The notes below the pieces were generated by a model. It had not been told where the DNA came from and made no database searches. It worked only from the letters and a program-made list of their open reading frames with translations. From assembly GCA_963693055.1 (NCBI GenBank), contig OY843751.1:3330359-3394358 (forward strand): a stretch of 64,000 bases of DNA, in the 5' to 3' direction. Origin of the DNA: a bacterium (GTDB lineage: Bacteria; Zhuqueibacterota; Zhuqueibacteria; Residuimicrobiales; Krinioviventaceae). The translations under genes and the position numbers were made by a program. Below, piece by piece: positions 59,192 through 64,000 of this stretch (position 1 is its first letter; each line of letters begins with the position of its first letter).

Positions 59192-59800
59192 TTAATCATT
59201 CCAATCTTTTACTGGGCGAATATTATCTTGCAACAACTGGTTTGTAAATTCACCAATACAATTTAAAATTTGATTCGTTTTTGGTATACTAAAAATAAAC
59301 TCTAAATTCTTAATTAAAACGATCCCATTTTTATTAGAACGAAATTGATATTTTTTTAATAATGCCTTGAGTGATGAAATCTCTTTATCCCGAAGGTCTA
59401 CAGGAATGGCAATTGTAATATATTTTTTGGAATTATTATAGATAGGAAAAATAGAAATAATAAATCCGTTATGAGGACCTAGATACTGTCGTTCCTGTTG
59501 TTGATAACCATATAAAGTTAATGCAGTCATTTTAGGATTATTGAATAACCTTTTCTCTCTTTTAGGTCTGAAAATTTTTTCGTCTAAAAGCAAAATCGAT
59601 CCTATTAAAATGGATAGAACAAGTGCAAAAAGGAATGCAAAACAAAACAGAAAATAATCAAAATTATAATGTGATTTAATTATTATTACAATAGTAAACA
59701 TAATCCATAAAACAATAAAATTCAGTAAATAGAATTGTTTTATATTTTTCCATACTATTTTTAATAACGTTTCATTAGCTGAAAAAGTAGTAATTTTCAA
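59192..59800 (-). CDS. Low-GC orphan membrane protein (2 TM helices + soluble domain), function unknown
   Basis: The 202-aa product has TM helices LLNFIVLWIMFTIVIII and FLFCFAFLFALVLSILIGSILLL. GC is about 30% against about 45% in the flanks, and no family is recognised. Confidence 0.5.
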   Translation of the reverse strand: MKITTFSANETLLKIVWKNIKQFYLLNFIVLWIMFTIVIIIKSHYNFDYFLFCFAFLFALVLSILIGSILLLDEKIFRPKREKRLFNNPKMTALTLYGYQQQERQYLGPHNGFIISIFPIYNNSKKYITIAIPVDLRDKEISSLKALLKKYQFRSNKNGIVLIKNLEFIFSIPKTNQILNCIGEFTNQLLQDNIRPVKDWND

Positions 59801-59968
59801 CTTTAATCTCCACTATTTTGAATTTACATTTGAACATTGAAATCATCAAGTTTTTCTCAACCTCATTCCCAGGCAGAGCCAGGTAACGAGAACTAGATAA
59901 TTTCTATTAACAACCTTTATATCAGTATTAATCTGCGTTTATCTGTGGTTCAATAATTAAAAATTTAA

Positions 59969-61111
59969 TTATGTATTCGGTAAAACCTCTATCACTGAAA
60001 CCGGACAAGCAATCACGCACGCACCACACCCAACACATGCATCCTTTATAATCTCGGGGCTGGCAGAAAAATCTGTATTCGATTTTTTAATCACCACTGC
60101 CTGATAAGAACAGAAATTTTTACACTGGTTACATTCTTTTAATTGTGTCAGCAAGCAATCTTTAACATGGATAACAGCAATGCCCATGACATAATTCTTC
60201 TTTTCATCACCGGTAATTCTTTTCAACGTTCCTGAAGGACACACATCTCCACAGGCTGTACATTCCGGTAGACAATAGCCATTTTTTAAGGAAACATGCG
60301 GCGTTAAAATGCCTGCCAAATCAGAGAGATCAAACGAGGATTGTATTATATCCGTAGGACACGCTTTACCACAATTACCGCAACGTAGGCAACTTGCCAG
60401 CAGTTCTGCTTCCGGTAATGCAGCAGGCGGACGGATAACAGTCCTGCGAGTATTTGAAAAGACAGACCGGATTGAAAATCCTGCTGCGAACCCGGTTATC
60501 GCTCCCAGGGCCAATCTTCTCGAGTGGTTAAAACGGGACTGTTGAGACCGGAAAACCAATCGTTTCAGACGGGTTAGCAAGTCCTGTAATCCTCCAAGCG
60601 GACAAACCTTGCCGCACCAGACAAAGGGTAAAACAAAATTCAAAAGCAGCAGCAATACGAGTCCGGCAGCTTTGAGGATAATAAGAAAAACCGGTTGGCT
60701 TTTAAAAGCACTGAAAAATGTATAAAAAATAGATATGGGGTCCAATAATCCCAAAATGGTTGTCCCTGTCAAGGCTGCAACTAATCCCGCAACGGCTAGC
60801 GCTATTCCCAATGCGGGAATGTGCTTGACAATCCCAGAACGTCTTCCCCGTTTTGATACCGCATCACAAAGCGCACCGGTGGGACACATCCATTTACAAT
60901 ACCAGCGATGACGCATAAAAGATGCAATCAATACAAGTATGGCAATTACCTGCAGCCCCCCAAAAGTAAATTGACCAATGACCATCAACAGCATTAGATA
61001 GGGACTGGTCCATAAATAGAAACCGCTGAACCCTTTCCAGGATATAGGTAATGCAAACAAAACTGCAATACCAAATAAAATCCAACGAACATTAAAAGAC
61101 TTGAACCTCAT
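59969..61111 (-). CDS. Polytopic membrane polyferredoxin (NapH/MauN/NosR/RnfB-like, multiple 4Fe-4S motifs)
   Basis: CKWMCPTGAL and CGKVCPLGGL precede the clusters CLRCGNCGKACP, CTACGDVCP and CVGCGACVIACP. Its ATG overlaps the stop of the upstream FAD oxidoreductase (ATGA). Confidence 0.75.
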   Translation of the reverse strand: MRFKSFNVRWILFGIAVLFALPISWKGFSGFYLWTSPYLMLLMVIGQFTFGGLQVIAILVLIASFMRHRWYCKWMCPTGALCDAVSKRGRRSGIVKHIPALGIALAVAGLVAALTGTTILGLLDPISIFYTFFSAFKSQPVFLIILKAAGLVLLLLLNFVLPFVWCGKVCPLGGLQDLLTRLKRLVFRSQQSRFNHSRRLALGAITGFAAGFSIRSVFSNTRRTVIRPPAALPEAELLASCLRCGNCGKACPTDIIQSSFDLSDLAGILTPHVSLKNGYCLPECTACGDVCPSGTLKRITGDEKKNYVMGIAVIHVKDCLLTQLKECNQCKNFCSYQAVVIKKSNTDFSASPEIIKDACVGCGACVIACPVSVIEVLPNT

Positions 61112-62433
61112 CCCAAATTGGCCTTTTGCTCACGTAACAGATTTTGTACCTGGGGAACATCCACGGATTTAGCGGTTGTATTGTTTTTCGCTGCAATGGC
61201 AGCCGCTGCTCCGGCTGCATGCCCGGTAATCAGGCAGGTACCAATGATTCGTGTATCCTGAAACAGGGATTCTTCAAAATCAAAACAACGTCCTGCTACT
61301 AGAAGGTTTTGCGTATTTGACGGGATTAATGATCTTAGGGGTATTTGCCACAAGGGCCTTTTTTTCATAGGAACGCGTTTCCCCTGGTAAGGAATAGTTG
61401 TCCACGCTCCGCTTATGCCCACAACATCCTTGAATGATTTAAAAGTCATGGAATCCTGAAGGGTTAAACGATATTCTCCATTCAACAATCGGGAGATACG
61501 GGTTCCCAACTGTGATGCCGTATCAAGCACGTATAATTTCTCATATCCCGGAGTAGATTTGATCTTTTTAAATGTTTCCCAAATATCCAAGCGATACTGC
61601 TGTTGCATGTGAGACAGGTTCCAGGCATCCAACACATCCTGATAGTCACCGGTAGTCATATTGACCCAATTTACGCCTTCTATGGGGGTCGATTTGCCAA
61701 TATTCAATTCTTTGTATCCGGGTTTGGTTTTATCCACCAGATGGGTATTACCCAGACGATGTACCAACCCAACCTCATATTTCATGGTACGATAGGATTC
61801 ACCTGCCAGATGATAAATATCACCATCCCCCGTACAATCCACAATCATTTTTGCTACAATTGCACCGCGTCCCGATTTTGTTTCTACCAGTACAGCTTTA
61901 ATATGGTCATTTTCAACAATCACATTACCTGCCCAAGCATGATACAACATGCGCACCCCGGCTTCTTTGACCATCTCTTCCATTACATACTTGCCGGCCT
62001 CTGGATCTATAATCGTGTTATAATCCCGTATAGCCATGCCCATATCACGCAGTTTTTGTTCAATTTCTCCACCAATGCCATACAAAACGCGTTTAAACTT
62101 TCCGGATTCATCAATTGCATGCGTAGATAACAATGGCAAAACCAATCCACCGGTCCATAAACCACCCAGATGGTTATAACGCTCAGTGAGAACAACATCA
62201 GCGCCGGCCCTACCTGCAGATACCGCCGCCGCTACACCGGCAGGCCCTCCTCCCACCACAAGTACATCCGTTGTTGCCAGGATAGGTATGTCACGCGCAG
62301 GTTCACGTATGGTATCAACACCGGTCAAATCCGTAGTTTTAGTCTTAACTGCTTCTTTATTTTCACATCCAGTACTACTCATGACCGCGCCGGCACCTGC
62401 AGCCAAAGTGGTTAAAAACCTGCGACGTTTCAT
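61108..62433 (-). CDS. TAT-secreted FAD-dependent oxidoreductase (PF12831-like)
   Basis: An AGGAGGAGG RBS precedes the twin-arginine signal MKRRRFLTTLAAGAGAVMS. The FAD dinucleotide-binding region reads VLVVGGGPAGVAAAVSAGRAGADVVLTE. The start is chosen at MKRRRF. The ORF-track start at 62496 is 21 codons upstream. Confidence 0.8.
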   Translation of the reverse strand: MKRRRFLTTLAAGAGAVMSSTGCENKEAVKTKTTDLTGVDTIREPARDIPILATTDVLVVGGGPAGVAAAVSAGRAGADVVLTERYNHLGGLWTGGLVLPLLSTHAIDESGKFKRVLYGIGGEIEQKLRDMGMAIRDYNTIIDPEAGKYVMEEMVKEAGVRMLYHAWAGNVIVENDHIKAVLVETKSGRGAIVAKMIVDCTGDGDIYHLAGESYRTMKYEVGLVHRLGNTHLVDKTKPGYKELNIGKSTPIEGVNWVNMTTGDYQDVLDAWNLSHMQQQYRLDIWETFKKIKSTPGYEKLYVLDTASQLGTRISRLLNGEYRLTLQDSMTFKSFKDVVGISGAWTTIPYQGKRVPMKKRPLWQIPLRSLIPSNTQNLLVAGRCFDFEESLFQDTRIIGTCLITGHAAGAAAAIAAKNNTTAKSVDVPQVQNLLREQKANLG

Positions 62434-62510
62434 TTTTCCTCCTCCTGTATTATCTTTGTAATTTTTATAAATTAAGGATTTATTTACGAAAATCAAGCAG
62501 GAAACAAAAC

Positions 62511-62539
62511 TTGCATTTCGAACATATGTTCATTATATT
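62511..62539 (+). promoter_or_regulatory. Sigma-70-type promoter (TTGCAT-N17-TATATT) whose spacer contains a perfect 12-bp palindrome, GAACATATGTTC, a candidate operator
   Basis: TTGCAT at 62511-62516 and TATATT at 62534-62539 lie about 30 nt upstream of the ATG at 62570. The palindrome at 62520-62531 overlaps the spacer. Confidence 0.5.
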
Positions 62540-62569
62540 GTGCCGCATGAATCATCATAAAGGATAAAA

Positions 62570-63034
62570 ATGTCACGCACAAAAAAACAAAAAATGGTTG
62601 AAACACCACCCGTATTTAAAACATTCAAACCGGTTGGGATCAAACGAAGTAACCTGCAACATCTGGCTCTGAATCTGGATGAATATGAAGCCATAAGACT
62701 TGCAGATTATATGGGTTTAGACCATAAAGAAGCTGCAGAAGAAATGGATATATCACGTCCATCCTTTTCACGTTTAATTGAACATGCAAGAAACAAACTG
62801 GCCACATTTCTAATTGAAGGTAAAGCATTGGCTATTGAAGGTGGAAACATACATTTCAGGGGGAACATATATCAATGTTTACAATGTGATCATATGTTCA
62901 ATATTAGTATTGAAAACAGTATGAATGAATGTCCATCTTGCAGTTCAAAAACACTGGTCAATCTTGCTGGCGGCTTTGGTCATGGTGAGTGTTGTGTAAA
63001 AAATCTTGAACAGGATGATGAAAACCATGCATAA
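62570..63034 (+). CDS. UPF0251/DUF134-family predicted DNA-binding protein with a C-terminal CxxC...CxxC zinc ribbon
   Basis: FKPVGIKRSNLQHLALNLDEYEAIRLADYMGLDHKEAAEEMDISRPSFSRLIEHARNKLA matches the DUF134 pattern. The C-terminus reads CLQCDH...CPSCSS...CC. Confidence 0.7.
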   Translation: MSRTKKQKMVETPPVFKTFKPVGIKRSNLQHLALNLDEYEAIRLADYMGLDHKEAAEEMDISRPSFSRLIEHARNKLATFLIEGKALAIEGGNIHFRGNIYQCLQCDHMFNISIENSMNECPSCSSKTLVNLAGGFGHGECCVKNLEQDDENHA

Positions 63035-63083
63035 TTTTAAATAACAATATTTTAAAAACAAAACGACAAGACTCGAGGAAGTA

Positions 63084-64000
63084 ATGAAAAAGACAGACGT
63101 ATTGGTAATTGGAAGCAGCGCAGCAGGTTTGGTTGCCGCAATAACAGCAAAAACAGTTAATCCGGATAAAGATATCGCAGTAATTCGCAAGGAAGAAAAA
63201 ACACTGGTTCCTTGTGGAATTCCTTATATTTTTGCTTCAGTAGAAAGCAGCGACAATAACATTCTGCCATCAGACAAAATGTTTCAAAGCGCAGGAGTAA
63301 ACCTGACAATTGGCAGTGTATCATCAATATCACGTAATGATAAAAAATGTATTTTGGAAAACGGTGATGAAATAGCATATGATAAACTGGTAATCGCAAC
63401 AGGATCTTCTCCCTCTATACCCAAATGGTTAAAAGGCGCAAATTTGAATAATGTATTCACTGTTCCCAAAAACAAAGTATATCTTGATGAAATGCAGGAA
63501 AAGCTGCAAGACTGCAATAAAGTTATCACTATTGGAGCAGGTTTTATTGGCGTTGAACTTTCAGACGAGTTGAACAAAGCTGGCAAAGAGGTAACCCTGG
63601 TTGAAAAGTTGCCACACATATTAGGATTGGCATTTGATGAAAAGATTGCCAGCAGAGCAGCCACCCTTTTGACAGAAAGAGGTGTTAATATCAGAACGGG
63701 TATTGGTGTTAAAGAAATTGTTGGTGATGGCAAGGTTAGTGGTGTATTGCTTGAAAATGGAGAGACACTTGAGGCAGACGCCGTTGTTTTAGCAATGGGA
63801 TGCAAACCCAACTCTCAATTGGCTCTGGACGCAGACTTGCCTGTCAGTTCAAATGGCTTTATCAAAGTAGATGAATATATGCGTACCGAAGACTCGGATA
63901 TTTTTGCAGTTGGTGATTGTGCAGAAAAAAGAGATTTTATTACCCGCAAGCCCAATTCCGTAATGCTTGCTTCTACTGCATGTGCAGAAGCCAGAACAGC
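63084..64000 (+). CDS. FAD-dependent pyridine nucleotide-disulfide oxidoreductase (NADH oxidase/CoA-disulfide reductase-like); the C-terminus is cut by the window end
   Basis: FAD-binding VLVIGSSAAGLVAAITA is followed by an active-site Cys near LVPCGIPY. The NAD-binding region reads ITIGAGFIGVELSDEL, and there is a GDCAE motif. Confidence 0.8.
   Translation, partial: MKKTDVLVIGSSAAGLVAAITAKTVNPDKDIAVIRKEEKTLVPCGIPYIFASVESSDNNILPSDKMFQSAGVNLTIGSVSSISRNDKKCILENGDEIAYDKLVIATGSSPSIPKWLKGANLNNVFTVPKNKVYLDEMQEKLQDCNKVITIGAGFIGVELSDELNKAGKEVTLVEKLPHILGLAFDEKIASRAATLLTERGVNIRTGIGVKEIVGDGKVSGVLLENGETLEADAVVLAMGCKPNSQLALDADLPVSSNGFIKVDEYMRTEDSDIFAVGDCAEKRDFITRKPNSVMLASTACAEART

Noticed and set aside
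1-64000. Both strands of the intergenic regions were scanned for tRNA, rRNA or tmRNA genes.
   Set aside because: No conserved T-loop GTTCGAATC-like or rRNA-like segments were recognised by eye. A tRNAscan or Infernal run would be needed to exclude small RNAs formally.

Overview
This is a 64-kb chromosomal window at roughly 40% GC. The genes use clear Shine-Dalgarno sites (GGAGG-type) and at least two consensus sigma-70 promoters. The window also carries T9SS C-terminal sorting domains, TAT signal peptides, a sigma-54 activator and a methyl-accepting chemotaxis protein. Together these suggest an FCB-group bacterium outside Bacteroidia, such as an Ignavibacteriota- or Calditrichota-like lineage; that placement is inference. 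Most of the window is ordinary housekeeping or signalling content: a cluster of receiver/sigma-54 regulator genes, two adjacent hybrid histidine kinases, htpG, a class I ribonucleotide reductase operon whose NrdB has class Ic hallmarks, an ABC-F ATPase, mnmA, a GH29 fucosidase, a sulfatase/glycoside-hydrolase/FGE cluster, and redox (FAD oxidoreductase/polyferredoxin) operons. There are also two tandem paralogous BNR-repeat proteins with T9SS sorting domains. Five places stand out. (1) A low-GC (~23%) two-gene island at 43.7-45.9 kb encodes a Dgt-family dGTP triphosphohydrolase translationally abutted to a minimal CCA/poly(A)-polymerase-head nucleotidyltransferase. It is bounded by a bidirectional terminator and a perfect (CCCCTTTAT)x7 microsatellite, and is my top candidate for an undescribed nucleotide-depletion defence module. 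(2) A low-GC standalone gene at 10.8 kb has an NDT/TIR-like Rossmannoid N-glycosidase-type domain. (3) A family of dispersed and tandem intergenic repeats, rich in hairpins, brackets the gene at 4.5-6.2 kb; it includes a 13-mer that recurs 40 kb away. (4) The two BNR/T9SS paralogs show concerted evolution at both ends. (5) An A7 homopolymer frameshift separates a phosphotriesterase-family gene from its own lipoprotein signal peptide. No rRNA, tRNA or CRISPR array was recognised. Coordinates derived from line indexing may be off by 1-2 nt.
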